Assembly (NCBI GenBank): GCA_964016885.1
Contig: OZ024743.1
Location: forward strand, 301,382,001 to 301,446,000
Direction of reading: 5' to 3'
Length of the DNA stretch: 64,000 bases
Source of the DNA: Eledone cirrhosa
Lineage: Eukaryota
The notes below the pieces were generated by a model. The model did no database searches and was not told where the DNA came from. It was given only the letters and a program-made list of their open reading frames with translations. This document shows, in pieces, positions 1 to 13,958 of this stretch. The position numbers and the translations under genes are program-made. Each line of letters begins with the position of its first letter. Positions within the stretch are counted from its first letter, which is position 1.

Positions 1-710
1 CACCCGCCACCATCGTAGTGGTGGTGGTGGTGGGGTGGGGTGGGGGGGTATTTAATGTATATGAAGAAATATAAGGCAATAAATGAAGAAAACAGAAAAT
101 AAATAAATAATATAATAAAATAAAATAATTAATATAATTTGTGTAATTTGAAAATAAAAAAATAAATAGAGAATAAATAATAAAGAGTAAATGAGAGATT
201 GGTGAAAAAGTAATGATAATGTATATGGAGAAGTGAGAAACAATGTAGGATAAAGTGTGTGCGTGTGTGCTATAACCAATCTCAAGGTCAGAATATGTTG
301 GATAGATTGGTATGATACAAGATGTTAAGATGAGATATTCAATGTGTTTGTGTTATAATCTATCTCAACTTAAAATAAATATAAGGTGATACAGTGAAGA
401 GGGCAGAAAACAAATAACAAATTAATAAAGAGAAATCAAGATTTAAGATTGGAACTTTAAAGTCAGAAATCTGGTAAATTAAAAGTGTTTGTGTTATAGA
501 TGTTGGCCAGATTATTATGGCTGTGTCGATTCTATCTCTAGGCTATCATGGTGTCTGCTCCGCCTGGGTTGTTCCCTATGGCTTGAAGGGAGTTCACAAC
601 CTAGGGTGTTGTAATTGCCCATATAGCTTGAGGGAGGTCTGGCCGAGAGGTGTTTTCATGTTCTGTAGAAGTCCCTATAGCTTGAGGGGAGTTCACATCT
701 TCTTGTGTTG

Positions 711-3418
711 CTACTGTCCATATATTTTGATAAAGGTCCCGGCTCTAAGGTGTCTGCATGTCCCGAAGAAGTCGGTTCTGAGGTTTATCAGGCCGCTTCC
801 ACCTCTTAGTATCTTGAGGGTCTCGTTCAGGCATAGTTTGCATATGCAAGATCCCCCTTTATCGGGTGGTACTTTCCTGATTATGTACCATGCCAGTGAG
901 TATGGGGTCCTGTCCAGCTTAAGCTTCCAGATCAGGTCGGAGAGAGCTGTGCTTTTCCTTTTGGCCTCCTTCTTGAATGAATGGCGATGGTTGTACCAGC
1001 GGTCCTTAAAGCTCGTTGATGTGGCTCCTATGTTGAGGTGTTCGGAGTTGGGGGTTTTAACCCTACAACCGTACACTATGTTCTTCTTGAGACATTCATT
1101 ACCAAGGGAGCATGATTAGGGGTTTCTACAGTTGCAGAGGTTGGTCGGCCTCTGCGTGCCTAGATTAGGGTTCTCATTATGTGTTACATGTGGTCTTCCC
1201 CCATGCTCGGTGGGGGGTCCTTGGGTCTGTTTGTGTTTCTTGGGTGGGCTCTGGGTCCCCCCTTTCCCTCCTTTCACATGGTTCTGCTGAGTGTTTGTAT
1301 TGCCATCTTCTGGTTGTGTGTGGTTTTTAAGCCTACTTCTGTTGATGCTAGCTATGTGTTGGGCCAAATTTCTCGTGGTGGAATACGAAAGCTTCACAGT
1401 GTGTCTGTTGAAGGTCCTGTGGTATCTGTGGTCCCTCGGGAAGCATTTGTCAAGTGCTCCAAAAAATAATCGGGCCAAGCTTTTCTTTAGGGCCGCTGAG
1501 TAGGGTGGGTTGTACCACGTGATTTGTCGGTGTCTCCTCCTATATGTGTGGGTTGGGGGCTTCGTGATTTGTTGGAGATTTGTTGGTTTGCTGGTGGTTT
1601 CCGCACTGTTGCTTCCCTTTTGGCCTCTATACTTTTTGTTATCTTCACGGCCCGGATTTGTGGGGTGGTTGTTGTCTTCCCCGGGAGATCCATCGTGGGG
1701 TGGTCGCCCGTTTCAAACCCCCCCCCCCCACGTGCCCTGCGGTTGGGGTTGTCCGTCCTGGGGTAGTTAGCATCACGCCTGAGACTACTACTCATATTGT
1801 GCTCCATCTCGTGGTCAAGCGCACTGGTCCCCACCGCCCGTGTGGTGGTGTCTGGTACATGGTGCCTATTTGATTCTGCTCTGCCTGTATTGTTAGGGTT
1901 CGCCCTCCCCCCTCTGGCAACGTGGTTGTGGGTGTCTGTTGGGCTATCCACCTCCCGGCTTTTCGGACTATATGTTATATTTTGTCCATGTGCCGCCTTC
2001 TTTAGAGCTGCGTTGTAATATTCCGCGTGGTTGTTGAATATTTCCTTACTTGCGGACAGGCTGGAGATCCTGTCCGAGACACTCTTCACCACTGCCTTGG
2101 TTATGGATCTAGGGTGGTTTGATTTGGCGTTAACATATACTAGTTTCTCGTTGGGCTTGTGGTAGGGGTAGTATTGCTCGGTGTTCAGGTTTAGGGTGGT
2201 GTCTAGGAAGTTAACTACCTTCCTATTTGGGTCTATTTCTATGCTGAGCCCCTGGTTCTTAAAGAAATGGCGAATACGCCTCCTCATACCCTCCAACATA
2301 TTGGTGCTGTGGTCATGTACTGTGAATAGAGCATCGTCACGATATAATCCGCCGCCCAGCCAGGGGATTTCATCTTTTATCTGCTTCAGCAGGTAGAGCC
2401 CAACCAGGTCCGTTACCTGCGGTGAGTCGCTGGAGCCCATCGTGATGTCAAAGTTATTTGGCCAATCACTCCTGGTCCACAGGTCTCCATCGAAGCGGAT
2501 TAAGGTATTTCTTGCGGCGTGGATGATGCTCACCTCCTCTCGGGTTAGGTCTGTATTGGACATCGCTAGAAATAGGGCCTTATTAAGTACTATGGGTGAG
2601 ATTGAGGAGTAGTAGCTTGCGATGTGCAGTTGTATAAAGCTGGTCCTACTTTTCTCATGCAGTATTTTGAACCATTCTATTACTTCTCTCGTGCATGACC
2701 ATTGCTGTAATTTGGTTTTCTTCCGAAGCTTGGGCAAAATCCTATCCAGTATTCTTTTACTGACGATCCCTAGGTCAGATCTGGAGGGGGCTATTAGTCT
2801 GACAGGGAGGTCGGACTCAAAGTTTGACTTGTGGTCTTTAAGGGTAATCCGCGGCTCCCTTGGTTGGTATGGGGCCGTCCTGTCCTCTATGCCGATTCTG
2901 GATATAATCCTGTAAGCTGTGGCATTGATCTCATCCAGGGTAAATCCAGGTGTTTTTTTTTTTTGTTTTTTTTTTGTAGCACTTCCTCAGTTCCCTGAGG
3001 ATTAGCTTATTGTACAGTTCAGTGTTCATGTTGTGGAGGTTGTTTGTTTTGTCAGCATGGACAAGTATTCCAGTTGTCCCTTTAAGTACTGTAATCCGGT
3101 TTCTCAGGTGTCTGAGGTACTCCTGACTTCTGGTTGGGTTTCCGGAGAATTTGAGGTTGGATATGATGTTAATCATCTCGTTTTCAAACTCCTACATTAG
3201 TCTGTTGTAGGGGGGGGGGGGGAATTCCTCCTTGATCGAAAAAGGTACTCCATGTTTTCTGTGTTTGTAGTTTTCTGCGTTCCTCTTTCGAAGTGGAACG
3301 CCTTCCATCTCATCCTACGGATGAGGGAGTCCGTACTCTTGATGAGATCACTGGTGTATTCTCGTTTATTAGGTAGGGGGATGTCCTTCAGTGACGCTAA
3401 GGTTGCCAGTTTATCCAT
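711..3418 (-). pseudogene. Disrupted PLE polyprotein (RT + C-terminal GIY-YIG endonuclease)
   Basis: Motifs SLKDIPLP..LIRRMRWKAFHF, ADKTNN, FDITMGSSDSPQVTDLVGLYLL, GLYRDDAL, VNFLDTTLNL, SNHP, TWYNPPYS, CNCRNP*SCSLGNECL, IVYGC..NIGAT..FKDRWYNH, CKLCLNE. Broken by homopolymer frameshifts and a TAA stop at 1116. Confidence 0.9.
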
Positions 3419-3620
3419 AGTGACTTAGGTCCGCTAGTGTTTGAAGCGCTCAACCCGTGTGGGAGCTAGATAGATTTTGAGTTTATGTTGGTTGTATACC
3501 AACACCTCAGTATGCAGGCTGGAGCATTCGACGAAGTGCGCAGGTTGGTTTGGTTACTCCGGAGTAGTGTAAAATAAAGTTAAATAAAAGTCAAATGATT
3601 AAAATTTAGCTTCGTTTATT

Positions 3621-3675
3621 ACTGCTATATATATTTCAGTGACAGCCATCTTTGGCTGTGACCTCTTCAGGCAGT
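3621..3675 (-). ncRNA. Type I hammerhead ribozyme in the 5' pLTR
   Basis: Minus strand reads ACTGC CTGAAGA GGTCACAGCCA AAGA TGGCTGTCACT GAAA TATATA TA GCAGT: stem I ACTGC/GCAGT, intact core, palindromic stem III region. Confidence 0.85.
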
Positions 3676-4656
3676 TTGAATTAGTATGGTATAGACAAGT
3701 ACATATGTTGTTTAGGTGTATGATATTGTCAATACTGTGCTATGCCCTCTTCACTGTATCACCTTATATTTATTTTAAGTTGAGATAGATTATAACACAA
3801 ACACATTGAATATCTCATCTTAACATCTTGTATCATACCAATCTATCCAACATATTCTGACCTTGAGATTGGTTATAGCACACACACACACACTTTATCC
3901 TACATTATTTCTCACTTCTCCATATACATTATCATTACTTTTTCACCAATCTCTCATTTACTCTTTATTATTTATTCTCTATTTATTTTTTTATTTTCAA
4001 ATTACACAAATTATATTAATTATTTTATTTTATTATATTATTTATTTATTTTCTGTTTTCTTCATTTATTGCCTTATATTTCTTCATATACATGAAATAC
4101 CCCCCTCCCAACCACCACCACCACCACCACCACCACTACGATGGTGGCGGGTGGGAGGAAGAGAAAACACAAACAAACTGGATACTTCTAAATTGTTAGC
4201 AGCAGCAAGATATAAGCTGACCACTACAACAACAACAGTACCAAAATAATGGTGGAGGTTAAATGTACTGAACAATAGCAGGCAAAAACACTACAGGGAG
4301 CCTCATCCCAGAAAGAATTCTATAGACTTCTGACCAAGGAATGCTCTCAGAACTGAACAATGGGAAGTTTGACACATTTTTTTGATATGTTGTTCCTTCA
4401 ACACCTTGTCCCTTCTACCATTTTATCAATTTTTAAGCTAACTCCAACAATAACAACACTTGGAATGAAGAATGTTCTAATAACTGACCAATGAGAGGAG
4501 AAGGGGACCCGTGACACGAAAATTCGTTTGTTTGAATTCATATGACTCCAGTTACCCAGTGAATTAACAACCCAACAAGGGACTGGGCATATCAGAGTAT
4601 TGACAATATCATACACCTAAACAACATATGTACTTATCTATACCATACTAATTCAA

Positions 4657-4711
4657 ACTGCCTGAAGAGGTCACAGCCAAAGATGGCTGTCACTGAAATA
4701 TATATAGCAGT
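4657..4711 (+). ncRNA. Type I hammerhead ribozyme in the inverted pLTR
   Basis: Same motif as 3621-3675, on the plus strand, with intact CTGAAGA and GAAA boxes. Confidence 0.85.
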
Positions 4712-4755
4712 AATAAACGAAGCTAAATTTTAATCATTTGACTTTTATTTAACTT

Positions 4756-4807
<52 letters not shown>

Positions 4808-6008
4808 ATATACATATGTATATATAAATATAAACATATATAAACAACGAGAGACAACGTGAGAGAAAGAGTGAGATGTATACATGTATATACGCTGCTC
4901 CATAGGTTTTAATTATAACGAATTGAGAAACTTAGAATTGTTATGATTATCTCTTTGAATATGTAGGATTTCCATTTAGAATTCCATATTACGGCAACTA
5001 TTCTATTATTGTATTTCAACATTAAGTTCCATGTTTTCAAAGTGAATTCGCTTACGAGATAGATACGATTCCCAAAGGAAAAAAAAAATCAATATGCAGA
5101 TACTCTGGTCATCTGCGTAAAACAATTACACAAAAATGTTGATGCCGCTGCATATTTTTTTTTTACATCGCTTTTAAATATAAGGATTGTCATTGAAAAG
5201 ATCAGAAACAATTAATTCATCATGCAACGTAACGTTGATTTGAAGCTCTGAATGTATTGCTTCATTTAGCAACTCCAGAATAATTAACGCTGAATACTAT
5301 TCAGAGAATTTAGCAGACTAGTAAAATAAAATAAAATACATTTTTTTCTCTGATATCATTTAACCTCGTATTAATTGACTAATCGGCATGTAAATATAAT
5401 AAGATTACCTGAAATATGCATAAAAAGAAGTTTCTGTTTGAGGAGTGTTTTAGGTAATTAAATAGAGAATAAACTATTTTATTGACATCGGATTGATGGG
5501 AAGTATCTTTCTCGACAGCGATATTCCAACTAGAAAATTAGAGACAAAAATGAAACATATCGCAAGATAATTCACGTGCAACTTTACCTGCAATACTAAC
5601 ACAACACCCTTAATATAAGCATAAAAATTAAATATAATAGCCAAATTAGCATGTGCTCAGAAAAAACAACCTATTTACTAATTAAATAAATAATTCGGAA
5701 ATGCAATACCAGTATTTGATTTCATGTGTTACGGACAAGATGTTTCGAGAGGAAATTAATTACAACGTGGATATTTGTTGACATCAATTGAATGGTACCA
5801 GGACTCCAACATGAATTCCAGTGCTTTATTAATATAGCATACATATACAAATATACTCATTATTTCTAAAAGATATATTGCTATGACATGATGTTTTTTT
5901 GTAGTAGTATTAAGTGATGTAGATGAGATTTATTGCAAAAGTGTAAAGCGGCATAAATAAGGAAAACATTTATGGAAGTGAATAATACAACATTATTTAT
6001 TAAAGTGT

Positions 6009-6127
6009 GAGTTCAAGTCCCGCCGAGGTTAACTTTGCCTCTCATCCTTACGGGGTCGATAAAATAAAGTACCAGTAATGTACTGGTTAATTTGCTGGCC
6101 TTGTACCTAAAGTAGAAACAATTATTT
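6009..6127 (+). mobile_element. tRNA-derived SINE, 5' truncated
   Basis: B-box GAGTTCAAGTCCC and the shared body GGGGTCGATAAAATAAAGTACCAGT...GTAGAAACAATTA also seen in five other copies here. Confidence 0.8.
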
Positions 6128-7200
6128 ATTATCTAATAAGAGAACACATATTTAGCCAACTATCACCCAGTAAAAGCAAGAAAACAGTATGATTTCAAAT
6201 GTATTTTGAATATAATAATGTGCTTAATCATTTTAGGTTCTGTCGATTCAAGCATTACAGGTTCCTATGAGTAAGAAACCTCATCAACTCTGTCTTCCTT
6301 CACAATTTCTCTCTTTCTCTCCTCAATCTCTCTCTCTCTCTCTCTCGCCCAAACTCTGCTAACATATAGATACATACATCCACACACCCACACAGGACAC
6401 GTAGTCGATTGTTATCCCTTCTCTTTGCCAAGATCATGAATATGCGACAGCTTTTACAACTTATATAAAATTCATTGCAGAATGCTGCCAACTGTTGTTC
6501 ATAGAAATTCTGTATATCACACGTACATATATATGTATAAATCAATGTTGGAGACCCCATAGTAATTTCTTTTTTAATTTAAACTTGGCCGGTTAAACAT
6601 CCGTATGCAAATGAGCCATATTAGCTTTTATAAATGGGCGCAATACATATAAGATTCCTACTTATTTTTGTCTCAACAGAAAATAAGTGATTATAATCAA
6701 CTAACAAGCGACAAAATATGTTGTCAGTCATAACTTTAAAGAAATTCAGAGCTTAAGGAAGTCAAATGATTTTTATCAACAACTTATATACAATAGGTAC
6801 ACAAACAATCACACACACACACTCACACACACACATGTATATACACAATGATTTTAGATAAATGGAAACTAAATTTATAAAACCATATTTATTCTATTAT
6901 ATATTTCAAGGGTACCAACACTTTGGTACGCTCTCATTAGATAAAATACAAAGTTTGTTTTATAAATATTGACATAACCAGGAAAGAATAACTTAACGGT
7001 TCAAGTTTTTCCTGGATAGTCTATTATATATATATACACACACACACATATTAAATGTTGAAAGTCTCCAACGCAGAAAATGAGAATGTCTATTCTTCGT
7101 ACGCTTTTTCTCTCTCTTTGGTATGTTCTTCACCTGATATTATATGTCAAGTCTGGTGGGACTAGGAGCAGTCGACTATAACTTGCTATACGTAGGCAAA

Positions 7201-7310
7201 GAAGAAGAAGAAGAAGAAGAAGAAGAAGAAGAAGAAGAAGAAGAAGAAGAAGAATATCAACAACAACAACAACAACATCTACAACAACAACAACAAACAA
7301 AATCAACAAT
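7201..7310. repeat. (GAA)n and (CAA)n microsatellites
   Basis: Direct reading; source of the poly-E/poly-Q ORF. Confidence 0.95.
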
Positions 7311-8854
7311 AACTATAAGTTTCGCGATGTAGACAAAAAGAATATATTTTAAATATTTGCGAGAAACTGCGATTGAAAGATTTCACAATAATGTAAAACG
7401 TAAATCAATGCGTACTGCTACTATAATGGGACTCGTATATCCAGATAATATCTTATTAAAATGCCCAGTTTACAAACATGGAAAGGCTCCTTACATCAGA
7501 ACGTGCCAGGAAAGTAAATTTTTCATTTTGTTTCCATTGGTGCTTCTCTATATGAGTATCTCTGGATAGAATGAGCAACGTGAAATAGTATTTTGTGCAA
7601 GGACTGAATCACACTAATTAATCCTGCAATCGAACACAAAACCTTATTATCGTCTATCTGACACCCTATCCGCTATGTTTGGGCGTTCAGAATATTAATT
7701 GCCTCAGAATCAACAACCAGATTAAGCCATTTGTTATAAACAAACCAGTGTATAGTGAGAATACCTGGGGATGGTAGTAAAATCAAGAATTATTCAAGGG
7801 GAACAAACGAAAGACTATTCATTACATATAATGAGACGTAACAGTTATAAATCAAACATGATTAGATACATGTATAGAGTAGACCGAGATTAGTAAACTT
7901 ATTTTTGGCATACGGTACTAGAGTTCTCTATTAATCGAAGTTGGTGTGGCGTGTAATATATGATAGGACAAATGCCAGTTAGCTCAAGCGTATGATGACA
8001 ATAATAAATGTTAACGATTGTATTAACTGTATATTTTGTAGAAGCACAAATTAAGCGTATTATTCAATTATTTCAAAACCAGAAAAGTTACCTAGATATA
8101 CATCAGAAATTTCTTTCATATCGTCTCAACCACGCTCAAGAGAAGATATAAAAATTATTTCCGGAATTATTTTACTTTCATGATTATACAATTCTTGCAA
8201 TATTTCCTGTCCATTACCTCTCCTTTTAAGTCCCTGGAAATATATAAATGGTGATTTACATAATGAAATTAATGCAATCATTCAGGTCCATTAATCGTAG
8301 TTTAGTACGCTGCATTTCCCCAGTCAGCCATAATCGTATATACTTGAAATTCAACATAACATATCTAATCCACAAGTGTTATTGGACGCGCCACAGACTT
8401 TGAGAGAGAAACCGTGGATATGTTATATATTCTAGCACAGGTTAAATACATTCTCGCTTTATAATCCTTCATGTTTAATTACCGTATTGAATCGTTAATT
8501 CTGTAAGTGAAAAACATACTCTTCTTCGTAATATTGCATGCTGAATATTTCCATTTAAATATGAAGCTAAATGAATATGTCAGAATGCATTAACAGTTAT
8601 ATAGGTTTAGAAATATAAATGTTATATTTGTATTGAGAACATATTAAAAATGTATAAAATAACCTTTATATAAAAATTCCAATGTGCATGACAGTATAAA
8701 TATGTGGTTAGGGATATATTATCAAGCATATATATATATGGAGAAAGAGAGAGTGAGTGTGCGTGAGAGATAGTGAGATGGAGAGGTGTAAATATATATT
8801 TCATTTGTCTTTTGAAGTGGAATTTGCGCATATACTTTGCTATATATATTGTAG

Positions 8855-9691
8855 CATCAGTTGACTGGAATTTGCAGTGGACAGATTATTATTTAAGTTG
8901 TTAGACGATGATCTCCGACGTGAACTCGATATGATTGTTGCTGAGTGTTGCACGGCAGGATTGAAAGTCAGTGCTGCGAAGACTACGAAATTCATGTTTT
9001 CAGCCCTCGCAAAGCGCACTACATGAGAGTGGAGTTCCATTGAATCAGGTGGAAATACCTCAGAATGATGGAAGGCAGGAGCTGACGTATGTGCAAGAAT
9101 TACAGCATATGGTGCAGTAATTCTCGAGTGTCAACATATGGCAATCAGAAGAATATATGTAAATATAAGAAGTAAAATTAGCTAACTTCAATTTGGAATT
9201 CGTACAAACACTTTTATGCAGCTATGACCGAAATAATGTGATCGATAATATGAGGAGTTGAAAAGACATTCTGTCGAAGTGTGTAGCTTCAATATTAGGA
9301 TGTCACTCCAGGTTGACCTACTTTGTCTCGAAATTCGGGAGTCAGAGCTCAGATACAAGGGTTAAGTGGTGAGATTGTCGCAGGAAAAAAATCACTGGAC
9401 AAATTTGACGGGCAACACCAACCACCAGGAGAAACATGGGGTAGACCCCGAGCAAGATGGATGGATTACATCAATGATCTCTGGTAGACATGCTTGGTGT
9501 TTAGATCCGTTGTAATGTTGACGGTTACTCCCGGCAAGACCCGCTAGAAGGCGTGCTTGGAGACTGCCCCCACTAATTTCCAAGTAATTATTGGGAGAAG
9601 AAGAAGAAGAAGAAGAAGAAGAAGAAGAAGAAGAAGAAGAAGAAGAAGAAGAAGAAGAAGAAGAAGAAGAAGAAGAAGAAGAAGAAGAAGA
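8855..9691 (+). mobile_element. Decayed RTE-clade LINE 3' fragment with (GAA)n tail
   Basis: Frameshifted translation LEFAVD..DLRRELD..AECCTAGLKVSAAKT..LNQVE..DVCARI..IRESELRY..GRPRARWMDYINDL, followed by (GAA)n at 9597-9691. Confidence 0.7.
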
Positions 9692-10262
9692 GTAATTACT
9701 GTTTCCTACTAGCTCAATACTAAGACATTTTTCTTAATATATTACGCAATAACATGTTACGATTGTATAATATCCTAGAGCATTATGAAGATATATATAT
9801 AAATTTATACCAAATATATTTCACTTGAGTTGGTCTGTAACCCAACAGATTGAATGTAAACACTTTGACATCTGATTTGAGTACACCGAATATGTGACAG
9901 GCTCCGGTAATCACATTTTCACAAACAAAAATGGAAGTGTTTACTGAATAATACCTAACATACATTATATGCTTATTATTCACAACAATAACCTTGAAAA
10001 GCCGGAAATATATGGAAATAGTATATCACATACATGCAATTGAAATATCGAAATTCATGCATTTAAACTTGAAGATATTTAAATACAAGTTTATTTTAAA
10101 ATATTACTTTCTCCTTTTAGAGTTGCTAACTATAGAGCCAAACCTCTATTTCTTTCAAAGCTTAGGAGTGTAATATCAATAATGATGTATATTTTTCCCA
10201 CGACATTCAGTACGTCACACAAACACACACACACACGCACCAACCACACACACACACACACA

Positions 10263-10370
<108 letters not shown>

Positions 10371-10576
10371 TTAATCTTTTTTAACCTGCTAGTTCTTTCG
10401 TTGCTCTGGTATTGTGTGTTGGGTTTTGCCTACCACAATGTTCAATTTGGCAAGCTATTTAAATGTATGTTGTTACTCTAAGGACCTATCCTCATCGAGT
10501 GCTTTGCTAACTTATTCATATTGTAGGTCGACTTTGCTTGCCCACAGCCAAAGCTTCGATTTTACTAAATCTCCAC

Positions 10577-10671
<95 letters not shown>

Positions 10672-10873
10672 AAGAAAGAAGAGTAACACGGTTGGCTGTA
10701 CAATACGGGCTTTATTTAAAGTAATGACAATTGTTTCGTTGAACAGGTGTCTCTAGATTTTACCAATCGCTTGAGTTGCGTCAATCGATCTCCAATACAT
10801 TGTTTACCACTGGTCAACACATCCGAGCAATTTCGCACTAGGTTGAGCAACAACCCTAGCGCACGGCAATAAC

Positions 10874-13289
10874 ATGGAAAAGCACCACATAGGCATGTCA
10901 CTGAAAAACATACATATACCTACAAACAAGTACTACACACTCGGCATGATACAACGTACTAAAGATTTCATCCGTCGAATCCGATGGAAGGCATACTATT
11001 ACGACAAAGGACCCACTATTAACTCGGAGGTTATATACTAAGGAACATTACGGATTCAAATCCTGTAAAACTCCAGCAAATAACCCCCAGCTCGCTGCCT
11101 TCGAGCTTGACTCCATGAAGTGGAATTAAATTCACAAAACGGACACATCACAACAAATTGCAAAACGGCATCAATGCACTACTAAAATAAATACGCAACA
11201 CCAACGGTATTATAGTAAAAGCAGACAAAACGATCAAACGTATACACCATGAGCCTCAATACATACAATAATTTTATACGCTGGGAATTGCACAAAAAAT
11301 ACAAAACAACAACCGAATCTGCACTCACTATCTTTAATAAGGAAGGACTAAGCATAATAAACAAACTGAAGATATATGATAGAACCGAGCCTCTAACCCC
11401 TTGTAACCTCACATTTAACGTGATATATCAGAAACAATTAGATTAATATGCCCATCTAAGTCAGATATCGGTAGAATTAGCAAGTATATTCCAGACAGAC
11501 TAATCGCACAAATTAAAGACAAACTAGTAATTAAGCTATGGGATAACACTAACGAAGCAATAGACTGGTTCTACAAAATAAGCAATAGGGAAACTTATAA
11601 CTTCATACAATTCGACATTAATGATTACTACTCATCCATTTCCACAGTTACCCTGGGTAAAGCGCTAACCTTTTCCCAGAATAAATCAGACCTTACCTCA
11701 GACGAAATTAAAATAATACTAACTGCTAGAAGGACTATCATTAAATTCAAAAATAAATACTGGGAACGAAAAGACAGACAGAATAGCTTCGATATCACAA
11801 TGGGATCTAACGACTAAGCGCAAATAACGGACGTGGTGGGAATATATATAGCGCACAACTTACATAAGGAATTCAATAACTTCCAAGGAGAAATTTATAG
11901 AAACGATACGCTCCTTATAGCCAAAAACTTAAACAATCAGAACATGGAAAGATTACAAAAAAACATTAGAATAGTCTTCAAAAAACTAGGCCTAGGTATC
12001 ACTTTCGAACTTAACTCTAAAAAAGCAAATTTCTTAGATGTGACTCTCAACAATAACACATGATTAATAGAGCCCTTTTATAAGAATAACGAAAATCTAG
12101 CCTACATTAGTTACAATTCAAACCACCGCTGATCCATAATTAACTCCATAGCACATAGTATATCCCTCAGAATATCCCGCCTATCTTCAAACCTAGAAAT
12201 ATTTAACGAACACGTAAACTATTATAACATAGCTTTACATTATGTTGGTCATAAGGAGAAGCTACAATACATACTAGACAGAGACAACAACAACAAACCT
12301 GATGACATGAAAACTACCGGCTCATACAGAAATAACAAGCATAGGACTAAGCATAGAATTAGACAACGAGCACCAACAATAACTGAACAGAACACTAATA
12401 TTAGGAAACCCCAAAACTATAGAAGATCCAGAGAAAGAAAATACCTATGGTTCAATCCGATTTTCAACTCCTCTATAATAACTAAACTACCTTCTACAAT
12501 ATTTACACTAATAGATAAACACTTCCCTACACTACACACATACCATAAAATATTCTATAGTAAAACTATAAAAATGTTCATACTCTACTGCGGCCAACAT
12601 AGAATCGCACATACAACCACAAAAATATCTCCAAAGAAATTAACCTACCAAAGCGCACCATAGCACCAAATACAAAACACAAACACATAACAACATCACA
12701 ACCAGAAATGCATCAGAACGCATCACAACAAAACATTAATAGGCCTAAATCACAACCCACCCACAACAACTTATAAACACGCAACGACAAACGTGCACAA
12801 AATAAAACCTCAAATTGTAATTGGCACCTACCAGATAAGTGCACACTACAGAATAGATGCCTGGATTCGAGCATGGTATACCTGTGTACTGTGAATTCAG
12901 AAAACACTACTTGGCACTACATAGGTTCCACAGCTGGGGAGTTTAAGAAAAGGTGGTACACAGACACTCCATGAGGAACCGCGCACTAGAGAACTCTACA
13001 ATGCTCGCCAATAAAATCTTGCAGCTTAAGGACAAAAAAACTAGATAAGATTAGATGGTCGAAATTATCGACAGCAAAAGCCTACAACAACGGTATGTCC
13101 AACTGCGGGCTCTGTAATTTAGAACTGCTGCGTATTTTAAGGCACGATAGGATGCTGCTTAACAGCAAAATGGAAAAATTCATTTTCTGTAGGCATAAAA
13201 TAGCTACTATATTTACGAACTTCAACCCACCATCATTTGAACCAGCAATCCAAAAATTAGTACTGAACCACCTAGATTTTAACATATAG
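10874..13289 (+). pseudogene. Disrupted PLE polyprotein (RT + GIY-YIG)
   Basis: Motifs MSLKNIHIP..FIRRIRWKAYYY, KADKT, FIQFDINDYYSSIS, FDITMGSND*AQITDVVGIY, IYRNDTL, NFLDVTLN, LWFNP, YYIGSTAGEFKKRWY, CGLCNLE, FCRHK; multiple stops and frameshifts. Confidence 0.88.
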
Positions 13290-13849
13290 AATAAAGACTA
13301 ACTCACCACTATTAGCTATCAAACTGCCAACTGATCACTGGACCATAATCTCTGTACATTTCTTCCACCCTCTCTCCATCAACCTCATTAAGATAGAATA
13401 ACCAGCTAAACATCTACAACAAACGTTTATCAAACGCCCTGTCAGCCCATACATATCATACATCAATGAATCTCTAATTTATTGTATTTCATTTATCGGA
13501 CCCTCCACACAAATTTATCTACATCTCAAATCTGGTTTCTCATGTTAGCACCAAAAAACCCTTCCTCAAAAACTACTAAAATCTAATTCTACGTACACTC
13601 TCTCACTCTTTTATTTCTTTGTATTCTCCATTTCCTCATTTTCTTCTTATTATTATTTCTTATCGGTAACTTCTCTATCTATTTACCATACATGTTTTAC
13701 TATCGATGTTATTGTTTTAATTATACGCTATTTTATTATTGATGTTATTGTTTTAATTATACGCTATTTTATTATTGATGTTATTGTTTTGGTGTTACGC
13801 TACTTTTCTATATAATTCTTGCCTCGAATGAACTATTTTCATATCTACG

Positions 13850-13958
13850 TGCTCTGATGTGTTGACCAGTAGTAAACAATCTATTGGAGATCAATTGACG
13901 CAATCTCAAGCGATTAGCGAAATCTAGACACACCTGATCAACGAAACATTTGTCAGTA
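13850..13958 (+). ncRNA. Hammerhead ribozyme-like motif with long stem II (antiparallel copy at 10722-10829)
   Basis: TGCT CTGATGT GTTGACCAG [~60 nt] CTGATCAAC GAAA CATTTG TC AGTA; the core has A9->U in both arms. Confidence 0.65.

Larger units (their letters stand above)
1..4762 (-). mobile_element. Penelope-like retroelement (Naiad-type), near full length, with partial tandem and inverted pseudo-LTRs; runs off the left edge
   Basis: RT+GIY-YIG remnant at 711-3418(-). 1-405 is the reverse complement of ~3743-4153, and 3570-3736 is the reverse complement of ~4597-4762. The pLTR carries an HHR and ends at a (TA)n tract. Confidence 0.92.

Noticed and set aside
517-1119. 200-aa plus-strand ORF
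   Set aside because: Antisense shadow of the PLE endonuclease region and its 3' repeats; no motif support.
3863-4249. Duplicated hydrophobic ORF (also 52-285)
   Set aside because: T-rich pLTR sequence duplicated by the inverted repeat; non-ATG start.
13700-13805. ~36-bp repeats superficially CRISPR-sized
   Set aside because: Head-to-tail with no spacers, inside a eukaryotic PLE pLTR, and no cas genes.
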